DNA of 64,000 nt from Alphaproteobacteria bacterium (GTDB taxonomy: Bacteria > Pseudomonadota > Alphaproteobacteria > JAAEOK01). Positions 33,980-44,940 of this stretch are shown piece by piece; the stretch's first letter is position 1, and each line of letters starts with the position of its first letter. The position numbers were made by a program, and so were the translations under genes. Location of the stretch: contig JAAEOK010000060.1 of the NCBI GenBank assembly GCA_024244705.1, positions 27,146-91,145 of the forward strand. Direction: 5' to 3'. The notes beneath the pieces were generated by a model. That model worked only from the letters and a program-made list of their open reading frames with translations. It searched no databases and was not told the DNA's origin.

Positions 33980-34351
33980 ATGCCTAGAACACTGTTAGTC
34001 TATGACGACGAACCCAATGTATTGCAAATGGTGTCGATGGTCGCGCGGCAGGAGGGATTCGAGACCGTCGAAGCTCAGAACGACGAAGACTTTTGGAGCT
34101 GTTACGACGACAGGCAGCCTTCGGCAATTTTGCTCGATATCGTGGTCCCGGGGACCAGCGGCATTGAAATGCTTGGCCAGCTGGCGGGCAAAAAATGCTC
34201 CACGCCGATATTGATGATGAGCGGGTATCACCGCGAGATCCTGGGCAGCGCGCGGCGACTCGGAGGGTCTTACGGCCTCGACGTCCGGGATATCCTGGTC
34301 AAGCCCTTCTCTGTGGACGACCTCAAGTCAAAGCTGCGCGAGATCGAATAA
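33980..34351 (+). CDS. Single-domain CheY-like response regulator receiver
   Basis: LLVYDDEP acidic pocket, LLDIVVPG phospho-Asp, MMSGY, VKPF lysine; no output domain. Confidence 0.8.
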   Translation: MPRTLLVYDDEPNVLQMVSMVARQEGFETVEAQNDEDFWSCYDDRQPSAILLDIVVPGTSGIEMLGQLAGKKCSTPILMMSGYHREILGSARRLGGSYGLDVRDILVKPFSVDDLKSKLREIE

Positions 34352-34525
34352 ACGGTCATCCGCGCGGTCCGCCCCGCACTGTCCAAGCCTTCGCTTGAGC
34401 CTCGCGTCGTTGAGTTTCTTGGACGTTTTTTCTTTGTCGGGGTCGCCGCATCCGGCCAAAACGACTAGCATGACCGCGACGCGGTGGGCGGATCGCCATT
34501 CACGGCGGCATAGTGATTTCGATAG

Positions 34526-35947
<1,422 letters not shown>

Positions 35948-36039
35948 GTATCTCGGATTCAAAGTTAGGACTCATTGTTAACATACAGATTCTCAATAAT
36001 TATATTGACGATCTACATATTTGGTGATTCCATCGGGCC

Positions 36040-36348
36040 ATGACGCTTGTACGCGAAATACGGGCGCGGGGACGCCATATCGCAACGCCGGTAATTGCCG
36101 TCACGGTGTTGTTCTATTTTGCCTACCACGCCATCCAGGGCGAGCGCGGCCTGGTCACGCGGTGGCATTTGAGCCAGCAGCTGTCAGCGGCCGATGCTCA
36201 GGTTACGGCGCTCAAGGCCGAACACGATGCGCTGCAGCACAAGGTTCGCCTGTTGCGGCCCGAATCCCTCGACCGCGATCTGCTCGACGAGAGAGCGCGC
36301 GAAATGCTCGGACTGATTGGCCAGGACGAAGTTGTTATTCGCGATTGA
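36040..36348 (+). CDS. ftsB: Cell division protein FtsB/DivIC family (septum formation initiator)
   Basis: 102 aa, single TM then coiled coil; conserved position between eno and pdhA. Confidence 0.75.
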   Translation: MTLVREIRARGRHIATPVIAVTVLFYFAYHAIQGERGLVTRWHLSQQLSAADAQVTALKAEHDALQHKVRLLRPESLDRDLLDERAREMLGLIGQDEVVIRD

Positions 36349-36374
36349 GCGCCGAGGATCTGTTCCATCGCGAG

Positions 36375-36412
36375 AGTTCACCGCGATTAACCATTTTTAG
36401 GTTAATCATATA
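36375..36412. promoter_or_regulatory. Palindrome cluster upstream of pdhA: GATTAACC-N7-GGTTAATC followed by the 10-bp palindrome ATTACGTAAT
   Basis: Read directly in the AT-rich island 36360-36440 between ftsB and pdhA. Confidence 0.35.
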
Positions 36413-36544
36413 ATTACGTAATCATTTCATAAGCTTATCGATGATCACGAAATGCGCAATTTTGTTGCGTGGGCCGATCATTCCGGATACATCTAACGCC
36501 TTCCGGCCACCATGGGATGCACGCACCCAGGCTTGTCAATTGCG

Positions 36545-37582
36545 ATGGGGGAGGGAGGAGTGCCAGCCAAGAAAACCGCGACCCGGCGAAAATCGCGCCG
36601 CGCTGCCCGTTCACCCAAAATTTCACCTGAGACTTTGCTGCAACATTATCGCGACATGCTGTTGATTCGGCGTTTCGAGGAGAAGGCCGGTCAACTCTAT
36701 GGCATGGGACTCATCGGCGGATTCTGCCACCTCTATATCGGCCAGGAAGCTGTTATCGTCGGCATTCAGTCCGTGCTTCGCGAGGGCGATACCGTCATAA
36801 CCAGCTATCGCGATCATGGCCATATGCTGGCCGCCGGCATGGACCCGCGCGGCGTCATGGCGGAGCTGACCGGCCGCTCCGGCGGATATTCGCGGGGTAA
36901 GGGCGGTTCGATGCACATGTTCAGCAAGGAGAAGGGATTCTATGGCGGTCATGGGATCGTCGGCGCCCAAGTTCCGTTGGGCACCGGCATCGCCTTCGCC
37001 CACAAGTACAAGGGCCAGGGTGACGTCAGCGTGACGTTTCTCGGCGATGGCGCCGTAAACCAGGGCCAGGTCTACGAATCCTTCAACATGGCGTCGCTGT
37101 GGAAGTTGCCGGTGGTCTATGTCATCGAGAACAACCGTTACGGCATGGGGACATCGATCGAACGCGCCTCCGCGACGACCGACCTTCATCAGCGCGGCGC
37201 CGCCTACGGCATACCCGGCGAGCAGGTGGACGGTATGGACGTGCTCGCGGTTCAGGAGGCCGCCGGCCGCGCTATCGATCATGCGCGCGGCGGCGCAGGG
37301 CCTTACATCCTCGAAAAGAAGACCTATCGCTATCGTGGCCATTCGATGTCCGACCCGGCGAAGTACCGCACCAAGGAGGAGGTCAATCGGATGCGGCAGG
37401 AACATGATCCCATCGACCACGTCAAGGATCGCCTGATGAAGGAAAAGATCGTCGACGAGGCTCAGCTGAAGGAGATCGACCGGGAGGTCAAATCCGTCAT
37501 CACCGAGGCGGCGGAATTTGCCCAGAACAGCCCCGAGCCGGATCCCTCCGAGCTTTACACCGATATCCTCATTGAAGCCTAA
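36545..37582 (+). CDS. pdhA: Pyruvate dehydrogenase E1 component alpha subunit
   Basis: TPP motif GDGAVNQG and phosphorylation-loop YRYRGHSMSDP. Confidence 0.9.
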   Translation: MGEGGVPAKKTATRRKSRRAARSPKISPETLLQHYRDMLLIRRFEEKAGQLYGMGLIGGFCHLYIGQEAVIVGIQSVLREGDTVITSYRDHGHMLAAGMDPRGVMAELTGRSGGYSRGKGGSMHMFSKEKGFYGGHGIVGAQVPLGTGIAFAHKYKGQGDVSVTFLGDGAVNQGQVYESFNMASLWKLPVVYVIENNRYGMGTSIERASATTDLHQRGAAYGIPGEQVDGMDVLAVQEAAGRAIDHARGGAGPYILEKKTYRYRGHSMSDPAKYRTKEEVNRMRQEHDPIDHVKDRLMKEKIVDEAQLKEIDREVKSVITEAAEFAQNSPEPDPSELYTDILIEA

Positions 37583-37609
37583 GGTGAGATACGCGATGGG
37601 AAACCGGTC

Positions 37610-37880
37610 ATGACTATTCAGGTCTTGATGCCCGCGCTCTCGCCGACCATGACCGAGGGGACGGTGGCCAAATGGCTGAAGGCGGAGGGCGACGCGGTCA
37701 CTGCCGGCGATGTCCTGGCCGAGATCGAGACCGATAAAGCCACCATGGAGATTGAGGCCGTCGACGAAGGCGTGCTCGGCAAGATCCTGGTCCCCGCCGG
37801 AGCCGAAAATGTGGCAATCAACACGCCGATCGCGGTCCTTCTTGAAGACGGCGAGGAGCCATCGGCCATTGCCGATGTCA
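37610..37880 (+). repeat. Lipoyl-domain coding repeat, copy 1 (pdhB N-terminus)
   Basis: ~75% nucleotide and ~80% amino-acid identity to 39010-39280. Confidence 0.6.
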
Positions 37881-38998
37881 CCGCAGAGCCGGCGCCGTTG
37901 CCACCTTCCGCGGATCAAGCGACCGCCGCACCACCCCCTGCGGCAGCCGTGACGCCGTCCGCGCCATCCACGGTCGTTCCCGCTGCGACCTCCGTCGAGG
38001 CCTATGATGGAGAAACCCAATCGCTGACGGTGCGCGAGGCGCTGCGGGACGCCATGGCAGAAGAAATGCGCCGCGACCCGGCGGTTTTCCTGATGGGCGA
38101 GGAGGTCGCTCAGTATCAGGGCGCCTACAAGGTCAGCCAGGGCCTGTTGGACGAATTCGGTGACAAACGGGTCATCGACACCCCGATTACCGAGCACGGT
38201 TTCGCCGGTCTCGGTGTAGGTGCTGCGTTTGTCGGATTGCGGCCCATCGTCGAGTTCATGACGTTCAACTTCGCCATGCAGGCGATCGACCAGATCATCA
38301 ACTCGGCCGCGAAGACGCTCTATATGTCCGGCGGCCAAATGGGCGCGCCGATCGTGTTTCGCGGACCCAACGGGGCGGCAGCCCGCGTCGCCGCTCAGCA
38401 TTCTCAGTGCTACGCCAGCTGGTACGGCCATTGTCCCGGCCTGAAGGTGATATCGCCCTATACCGCCGCCGATGCGAAGGGCCTTTTGAAATCCGCCATT
38501 CGCGACCCGAATCCGGTCGTTTTTCTCGAGAATGAAATCCTCTATGGGCAAAGTTTCGATGTGCCAACCGATCCCGACTTTACGGTCTCGATCGGCCGTG
38601 CGCGTATCTGCCGGAATGGCGACGATGTCACGCTGGTGGCCTTTTCGCTGATGGTCGGTAAGGCGATTGAAGCGGCCAACCTGCTGGCGGCCGAGGGCAT
38701 CGAGGCCGAAGTGATCGATCTGCGCACGATTCGCCCGCTGGACACCGCCACCATCGTCGCATCGGTAAAAAGAACCAATCGTCTCGTCAGCATCGAGGAA
38801 GGTTGGCCGTTTGCCGGCATTGGATCGGAAATGGCGGCGCTGATGATGGAGCAGGCGTTCGACTATCTTGACGCACCTGTGGCGCGGGTCAGCGGCGAGG
38901 ATGTGCCGATGCCATACGCGGCCAACCTTGAGCAGTTGGCAATCCCGCAGGTTGATCGCATCGTCGCGGCCGCCAAGGCCGTCTGTTACCGGTCCTAG
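37610..38998 (+). CDS. pdhB: Pyruvate dehydrogenase E1 beta subunit with N-terminal lipoyl domain fusion
   Basis: N-terminal [24 protein letters not shown]...[13 protein letters not shown] lipoyl domain, Ala/Pro linker, then transketolase-like E1-beta. Confidence 0.9.
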   Translation: MTIQVLMPALSPTMTEGTVAKWLKAEGDAVTAGDVLAEIETDKATMEIEAVDEGVLGKILVPAGAENVAINTPIAVLLEDGEEPSAIADVTAEPAPLPPSADQATAAPPPAAAVTPSAPSTVVPAATSVEAYDGETQSLTVREALRDAMAEEMRRDPAVFLMGEEVAQYQGAYKVSQGLLDEFGDKRVIDTPITEHGFAGLGVGAAFVGLRPIVEFMTFNFAMQAIDQIINSAAKTLYMSGGQMGAPIVFRGPNGAAARVAAQHSQCYASWYGHCPGLKVISPYTAADAKGLLKSAIRDPNPVVFLENEILYGQSFDVPTDPDFTVSIGRARICRNGDDVTLVAFSLMVGKAIEAANLLAAEGIEAEVIDLRTIRPLDTATIVASVKRTNRLVSIEEGWPFAGIGSEMAALMMEQAFDYLDAPVARVSGEDVPMPYAANLEQLAIPQVDRIVAAAKAVCYRS

Positions 38999-39009
38999 GG
39001 GGACGGCAC

Positions 39010-39280
39010 ATGACAATCCAGATTCTGATGCCGGCGCTGTCGCCCACGATGACCGAAGGATCGGTGTCGGCTTGGCTCAAATCGGTGGGCGATTCGGTCA
39101 CCGCGGGCGACGTCATAGCTGAAATCGAGACCGACAAGGCAACGATGGAGATCGAGGCGGTCGATGAAGGTGTCCTCGGCAGGATCTTGATTCCGGCCGG
39201 AACCGAGGGCATCGCCGTCAATACGCCAATCGCTGTATTGCTGGAGGAGGGAGAGGACGAATCGGCGCTGGCCGCAAGCG
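39010..39280 (+). repeat. Lipoyl-domain coding repeat, copy 2 (pdhC N-terminus)
   Basis: Paralogous to 37610-37880. Confidence 0.6.
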
Positions 39281-40311
39281 CGGCACCTGCCGCACCAGTG
39301 TCACCGGGCCCGACGCCGGCCGCCGTGCCTCCAATCCCGCCCGCCGCACTCACAGCGCCACCAACCGGGGCGGCGACCACGGTTCAAAAAGCCATGCCGA
39401 CTGAGGAGGGTCGTATTTTCGCCAGTCCATTGGCCCGCCGCATGGCGGCGCAAGCCGGTCTCGATCTGTCGGCGATCGCCGGATCGGGCCCCCACGGGCG
39501 CATTGTCAGGGCGGATATCGAAGCGGCGATTTCCGGTGGCGTCGCCGCGCCGGCGGCGAAATCGGCTGCCGCGCTATCCGCCGCGCCCGCGGCAACCGTT
39601 GAAATCCCTGGTTTGCCTGAATTCGAGCTGCAACCGCTCAACAATATGCGCAAGACAATCGCCCGCCGCCTCGTCGAGGCCAAGCAGACGATTCCGCATT
39701 TCTATCTTTCGATCGACTGCGAGGTGGATCGTCTGTTGCAAATCCGCGAGGACCTCAACGAACGGTCACCGGATGGCGGCGGCGCCTACAAGCTGTCGGT
39801 AAACGACTTCGTCATTCGCGCGGCGGCGCTGGCGCTGCGGCAGGTGCCCGGCGCCAATGCGTCTTTCGCGGAAGACGGAATACGGCTCTATCGATGGGTG
39901 GACATCTCGGTCGCCGTCGCGATCGATGGCGGCCTGATTACGCCCATTATTCACCGCGCCGACGGTAAGGGTTTGGCACAGATTTCGAACGAGATGAAGG
40001 ATCTGGCGGCCAAGGCACGCGACGGCAAACTGATGCCAGAGGAATACCAGGGTGGAACGTTTTCCGTGTCCAACCTCGGCATGTTCGGAATCAAGCACTT
40101 CGAGGCGGTCATCAACTCGCCCCAAGGATGTATCCTCGCCGTCGGGGCCGGTGAGCAGCGACCGGTCGTCAAGGATGGCGCGCTCGCCGTCGCGACCGTA
40201 ATGACCTGCACGCTGTCGGTCGATCATCGCGTGGTCGACGGTGCGCTCGGCGCACAGTTTCTCGCCGCGTTCAAGCAATTGATCGAAGATCCTGTGCGGA
40301 TGCTGTTGTGA
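39010..40311 (+). CDS. pdhC: Dihydrolipoamide acetyltransferase (E2) of pyruvate dehydrogenase
   Basis: Lipoyl domain, E3-binding domain, catalytic DHRVVDG motif. Confidence 0.9.
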   Translation: MTIQILMPALSPTMTEGSVSAWLKSVGDSVTAGDVIAEIETDKATMEIEAVDEGVLGRILIPAGTEGIAVNTPIAVLLEEGEDESALAASAAPAAPVSPGPTPAAVPPIPPAALTAPPTGAATTVQKAMPTEEGRIFASPLARRMAAQAGLDLSAIAGSGPHGRIVRADIEAAISGGVAAPAAKSAAALSAAPAATVEIPGLPEFELQPLNNMRKTIARRLVEAKQTIPHFYLSIDCEVDRLLQIREDLNERSPDGGGAYKLSVNDFVIRAAALALRQVPGANASFAEDGIRLYRWVDISVAVAIDGGLITPIIHRADGKGLAQISNEMKDLAAKARDGKLMPEEYQGGTFSVSNLGMFGIKHFEAVINSPQGCILAVGAGEQRPVVKDGALAVATVMTCTLSVDHRVVDGALGAQFLAAFKQLIEDPVRMLL

Positions 40312-40363
40312 TCGGATGCGGCGTCGACGAGGTCGGCGAAAAACACTTGGGGGCAAGAATGCG

Positions 40364-40780
40364 ATGAACGCGCGCACCGGAATCATAGCAATTGCCTTGC
40401 TCGCGGTCACCGTTCTGGTCATTGCCGGCATCCTAATGCTCGGTGACAGCGAACCCCAGGTCGAACCGGGAACTGAGCTCGATCAGAGCAGCGCGTTTCG
40501 AAAAGGTGACACGATCTACACGAAAGAAACCTATATCGGCATGTATGACAGCTGCATGACGGTCGCCATCCGGACCGCGAGCGAAAAACTCGGCGAAGCC
40601 ACCCTGCCGGATCAAATCACCGGCAAGATCGGCTCGTATTGCAAATGCGCGACCGACGGTGCGCGAGACAAGCTGACCGAGGTCAACCTCGCGGCCTTTT
40701 CGCGCGATCAGGCGGCGGAACCGGCGGCCTCGGTCTTGAAGCAGTTGATCGCCGATTGCACGGCCAAGTGGCTGAAATAG
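40364..40780 (+). CDS. Hypothetical small membrane-anchored protein with 4 Cys (ORF could start at 40316)
   Basis: N-terminal TM IIAIALLAVTVLVIAGILML; no recognizable domain; ORF between pdhC and lpdA. Confidence 0.5.
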   Translation: MNARTGIIAIALLAVTVLVIAGILMLGDSEPQVEPGTELDQSSAFRKGDTIYTKETYIGMYDSCMTVAIRTASEKLGEATLPDQITGKIGSYCKCATDGARDKLTEVNLAAFSRDQAAEPAASVLKQLIADCTAKWLK

Positions 40781-40829
40781 TGTCATCCAAACTGGGCGCA
40801 CAGCGCTAGAACAAACCGGAGACCCCCGG

Positions 40830-42230
40830 ATGGTTGAGACCAACTTCGATCTTGTCGTCATCGGCGCCGGACCCGGCGGGTATGTGGCGGCTATTCGATC
40901 GGCGCAGCTCGGCATGAAGACCGCCGTGGTCGAGGACGAGCATCTCGGCGGTATCTGCCTCAATTGGGGCTGTATCCCGACCAAGGCGTTGTTGCGGTCA
41001 TCGGAAATCTACCACCTGCTCCATCACCTCGATGAATTCGGCTTCGCCGCCAAAGACATCACCATCGACATGAAGAAATTGGTCAAGCGCTCGCGCACCA
41101 TTGCCGGACAATTGTCCAAAGGCGTGGCCCATTTGCTCAAGAAGAACAAGGTCACGGTGTTCGACGGACGGGGACGTCTCGCCGGTAAAGGCAACGTCCA
41201 TGTCGAGAAGGATGGCGATAGCGTCGCGGACCTTGCGGCCAAGCACATCATCCTCGCCACCGGTGCACGGGCCCGGACCCTGCCCGGCCTCGAGCCTGAC
41301 GGCAAATTGATCTGGACTTACAAGGAAGCCATGGTTCCGGACCTGCTGCCGAAGTCGCTTCTGGTCGTCGGATCGGGTGCCATCGGCATCGAGTTCGCCA
41401 GCTTCTATCGGACGCTCGGCGCTGAAGTTACCGTGGTCGAAGTTCTCGACCGTATCCTCCCTGTCGAGGACGAGGAGATCTCGGCGCTGGCCCAAAAGGC
41501 CTTCGAGCGCCAGGGAATGAAGATCATCACCGGTGCCCAGGTCAAGGCGTTGACCAAGGGCAAGAATGATGTCACGGCGACGATCGAACGCGACGGCAAG
41601 ACTGTCAATCTCGGGGTCGAGCGTGTGATTCTTGCCGTGGGTATCGCCGGAAATGTCGAGAACCTCGGACTCGAGGGAACAAAGATCGTCGTCGATCGGA
41701 CGCATGTCGCGGTCAACGAATGGCTCGAAACCGGCGAGCCCGGCGTTTACGCAATCGGAGATCTGGTCGGACCGCCGTGGCTCGCGCACAAGGCCAGTCA
41801 CGAGGGCGTCATTTGCGTCGAGCGGATCGCCAAGGTCGAAGGCGTGCATCCGCTCGACACGACGAACATCCCGGGCTGCACCTATTGCACGCCGCAGGTC
41901 GCCAGTGTCGGCCTGACCGAGGCGCGGGCAAAGGAAATCGGGCACAAAGTTCGCGTCGGTCGATTCCCTTACATCGGCAATGGCAAGGCGATTGCGCTCG
42001 GTGAGCCGGAGGGCTTGGTCAAGACGGTCTTCGACGCCGATAGCGGAGAATTGCTCGGAGCCCACATGATCGGCGCCGAGGTCACAGAACTGATCCAGGG
42101 CTATATGGTGGCGCGCACCCTGGAAACGACGGAGGCGGAGTTGATGCGCGCCGTCTTCCCGCACCCGACCTTGTCCGAGATGATGCATGAATCGGTGCTT
42201 GACGCGTACGGGCGCGCCATTCACTTCTAG
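40830..42230 (+). CDS. lpdA: Dihydrolipoyl dehydrogenase (E3)
   Basis: [13 protein letters not shown] redox-active disulfide; FAD/NAD Rossmann motifs. Confidence 0.95.
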   Translation: MVETNFDLVVIGAGPGGYVAAIRSAQLGMKTAVVEDEHLGGICLNWGCIPTKALLRSSEIYHLLHHLDEFGFAAKDITIDMKKLVKRSRTIAGQLSKGVAHLLKKNKVTVFDGRGRLAGKGNVHVEKDGDSVADLAAKHIILATGARARTLPGLEPDGKLIWTYKEAMVPDLLPKSLLVVGSGAIGIEFASFYRTLGAEVTVVEVLDRILPVEDEEISALAQKAFERQGMKIITGAQVKALTKGKNDVTATIERDGKTVNLGVERVILAVGIAGNVENLGLEGTKIVVDRTHVAVNEWLETGEPGVYAIGDLVGPPWLAHKASHEGVICVERIAKVEGVHPLDTTNIPGCTYCTPQVASVGLTEARAKEIGHKVRVGRFPYIGNGKAIALGEPEGLVKTVFDADSGELLGAHMIGAEVTELIQGYMVARTLETTEAELMRAVFPHPTLSEMMHESVLDAYGRAIHF

Positions 42231-42252
42231 GGGGCCAATCAGGAACGGGCCA

Positions 42253-43173
42253 ATGGTTGCCGCCGAGAAATCCATGACAAAATCGGGCCTGCCGCGCAAA
42301 CCGAAATGGATTCGCGTCAAAGCACCGACGTCGAGCACCTATCAAGAAACCCGCAAATTGATGCGCCGGCTCGACCTCAACACCGTGTGCGAGGAGGCGG
42401 CGTGCCCCAATATCGGTGAGTGTTGGTCGAAGAAGCATGCCACCGTGATGATCATGGGCGACACCTGCACGCGGGCCTGCGCGTTCTGCAATGTGAAGAC
42501 CGGACTGCCAGGCGCGCTCGATGCGCTCGAACCCGACAACGTGGCGATCGCGGTCGCTGAGATGGGGCTGAGCCATGTCGTGATCACGTCGGTGGATCGG
42601 GACGACTTGGACGACGGCGGCGGTGCTCATTTCGCCAAGGTCATTCGCGCCATTCGCCGCGAATCTCCGACCACGACGATCGAAGTTCTGACGCCGGATT
42701 TCTTGCGCAAGCCAGGGGCTGCCGAGGCGGTGATCGACGCCAAACCGGATGTCTACAATCACAACCTCGAAACCGTGCCCAGGCTCTATGCGACCATTCG
42801 GCCGGGCGCGCGATACTTCCACTCGCTTCGCCTTTTGTCCCGGGTCAAGGAGCGCGATCCGTCGAATTTCACGAAATCGGGCATCATGGTCGGTTTGGGC
42901 GAGACCAAGGAGGAGGTCTATCAGGTCATGGACGACCTGCGCGCCGCCGAAGTCGATTTCCTGACCATCGGCCAGTATTTGCAGCCGACTCCGCGCCACG
43001 CGGCGATTGACCGGTTCGTGACGCCGGAGGAATTCGAGTCCTATGCCGCCATGGCCAAGGGCAAGGGATTTCTCCTTGTTTCCGCATCGCCGTTGACGCG
43101 CTCATCCTATCATGCCGGCGACGACTTCGCCCGTCTCCGCGCGGCGCGGCAGGCGCAGTTGGCCACCGCCTAG
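42253..43173 (+). CDS. lipA: Lipoyl synthase
   Basis: [13 protein letters not shown] and CTRACAFC radical-SAM cysteine clusters. Confidence 0.95.
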   Translation: MVAAEKSMTKSGLPRKPKWIRVKAPTSSTYQETRKLMRRLDLNTVCEEAACPNIGECWSKKHATVMIMGDTCTRACAFCNVKTGLPGALDALEPDNVAIAVAEMGLSHVVITSVDRDDLDDGGGAHFAKVIRAIRRESPTTTIEVLTPDFLRKPGAAEAVIDAKPDVYNHNLETVPRLYATIRPGARYFHSLRLLSRVKERDPSNFTKSGIMVGLGETKEEVYQVMDDLRAAEVDFLTIGQYLQPTPRHAAIDRFVTPEEFESYAAMAKGKGFLLVSASPLTRSSYHAGDDFARLRAARQAQLATA

Positions 43174-43184
43174 ACGAAGGTCCA

Positions 43185-43622
43185 ATGCCGACCCATGCGG
43201 AAAAACGGATGCTGCCGTACACGCCGGAGCAGATGTTCGACCTCGTCGCCGACGTGGAAAAATATCCGGATTTCTTGCCCTGGTGTATCGGTGCGCGCAT
43301 TCGAAAGCGCGACGGCAATATTATCCATGCCGATCTGATCATCGGCTTCAAGATGTTCCGCGAACGCTATACGTCGCGGATCACGCTCAATCAGCCGCGG
43401 CGGATCGACGTTCAGTATGTCCAAGGACCGCTCAAATATCTGAACAATCATTGGGTCTTCGACCCGCATCCCGACGGCTGTCAAATCGATTTCTTTGTCG
43501 ATTTCGAATTTCGCTCGCGGCTCTTGGAAAAATTGATCGGGACGCTCTTCAACGAGGCGTTTCGCCGGATGGTCGGGGCATTCGAAAGGCGTGCGCAGGT
43601 CCTTTACGGCAAGACCCGATAA
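43185..43622 (+). CDS. SRPBCC (polyketide cyclase/START-like) protein, RatA/COQ10-like
   Basis: 145 aa; conserved position after lipA in alphaproteobacteria. Confidence 0.75.
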   Translation: MPTHAEKRMLPYTPEQMFDLVADVEKYPDFLPWCIGARIRKRDGNIIHADLIIGFKMFRERYTSRITLNQPRRIDVQYVQGPLKYLNNHWVFDPHPDGCQIDFFVDFEFRSRLLEKLIGTLFNEAFRRMVGAFERRAQVLYGKTR

Positions 43623-43640
43623 TCACCCACCTTGCGCGCT

Positions 43641-44444
43641 TCAAATCGCGCGGATGTCCTCGCCGGCGGCCAGCAATCCGAACATGATCGTGAACATCGC
43701 CGTATTATGAATCGAATGAAACAGTATCGGCGCCCATAGAGATTCGCTCCATTCGCGCAGAAGCGCCATCATGATGCCGAGCGCGAGGATCGGAGCGAGA
43801 ATGGCCGGATGCAGATGGAGCAGGCTGAATAGTATCGAGCTGCCGATCAGACCGGTCAGGAAGCCCCACCGTGATTTGAGCCACGGGTAGAGAAGCCCGC
43901 GAAACAAGAACTCTTCGGAAATCGGAACCAGGACACCGCCGAGGATGATGATGGTGATCACGAGCCCCGGCGTAACCGGCCCCAGCGCCTCGAAGGTATC
44001 GGCATAGGGGTTGGAACCCGGCGTGCCGAGCAGGAAATCGGATATCCATTTCAATACGCGGATAACCGGAAGAAAAAGAAGCCAGATCAGCGGTACCAAT
44101 CCAACCCACCTCCACTTCATGGCGACGAAACCGAAGTCGCGCCAGTCGAGCCCCCAGAGCCGGATTGCCAACAAGTATCCGACGCCGATGAACACGATCG
44201 GTTGGGCCGCCATGAGCAAAACGAAAGTCGTTCCGGAGGTCGGATCCTCGGTGGCGCCGGGGCCTTGGGCAAGAAACGAGACAATCATCGCGCCGATGAG
44301 GATGACGACAAACAGGGCCACCGTCACCGCCAGCAACAGAACGACCCGGCCTCCGGACAAACTCGCCACACCGGTCCGGCTGGACGATCGAATTGCTACG
44401 GGCGGGGCACTTTCGCCGGGGCCCTGGGACTCAAGGTAAGGCAT
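43641..44444 (-). CDS. CPBP family intramembrane glutamic endopeptidase (CAAX protease-like)
   Basis: ISEEFLFRGLL and FSLLH motifs; polytopic membrane protein. Confidence 0.8.
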   Translation of the reverse strand: MPYLESQGPGESAPPVAIRSSSRTGVASLSGGRVVLLLAVTVALFVVILIGAMIVSFLAQGPGATEDPTSGTTFVLLMAAQPIVFIGVGYLLAIRLWGLDWRDFGFVAMKWRWVGLVPLIWLLFLPVIRVLKWISDFLLGTPGSNPYADTFEALGPVTPGLVITIIILGGVLVPISEEFLFRGLLYPWLKSRWGFLTGLIGSSILFSLLHLHPAILAPILALGIMMALLREWSESLWAPILFHSIHNTAMFTIMFGLLAAGEDIRAI

Positions 44445-44940
44445 CTGTAGCCAGTATTTCGATCTGATTCAGCGCCGCCACCAGGGCTTGTTCACGAACC
44501 GCGTTGCGATCGCCGGCAAACCGATGGCCAATCGCCGCCGCTGTCCCGCCGCTTCGCGCTCCGCCGACAAAAACAAGGCCGACCGGCTTGGTTGGTGTCG
44601 CCCCGCCGGGACCCGCGACGCCGGTCACCGAGACGGCAATATCCGCCGCGGAATTGGCCAGTGCGCCGGCCGCCATGGCCTCTGCCACCTCGCGGCTGAC
44701 AGCGCCGTGCCGACTGATGAGGTCGGCGGGCACGCCAAGCATCTCGCTCTTGGCCTCGTTGGAGTAGGTGACGAAACCTCGGTCGACGACGTCCGACGAT
44801 CCGGCGATCTCGGTCAACGTCGCGGCGATCAGTCCGCCGGTGCAGGATTCCGCCGTGGCGAGGCGGAGACCGGACTGGCGGCAGGTTATCAAGGCCCCGG
44901 TTGCTTTTTCGATTAATGTATTAGAAAGAGAATATAACAT
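44431..44940 (-). CDS. CinA C-terminal domain protein (PncC-like nicotinamide-nucleotide amidohydrolase)
   Basis: LATAESCTGGLIAATLTEIAGSS...GFVTYSNEAK motifs; start ATG 44940 (ORF track begins at TTG 44955). Confidence 0.8.
   Translation of the reverse strand: MLYSLSNTLIEKATGALITCRQSGLRLATAESCTGGLIAATLTEIAGSSDVVDRGFVTYSNEAKSEMLGVPADLISRHGAVSREVAEAMAAGALANSAADIAVSVTGVAGPGGATPTKPVGLVFVGGARSGGTAAAIGHRFAGDRNAVREQALVAALNQIEILATDALP

Noticed and set aside
36623-39016. 797-aa ORF on the minus strand spanning pdhA and pdhB
   Set aside because: It is antisense to two unambiguous, motif-rich genes. Its Arg/Gly/Asp-rich low-complexity translation is the typical off-frame artefact of a high-GC genome.
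40998-42338. 446-aa minus-strand ORF antisense to lpdA
   Set aside because: Same GC-rich antisense artefact. No motifs, and lpdA on the plus strand is certain.
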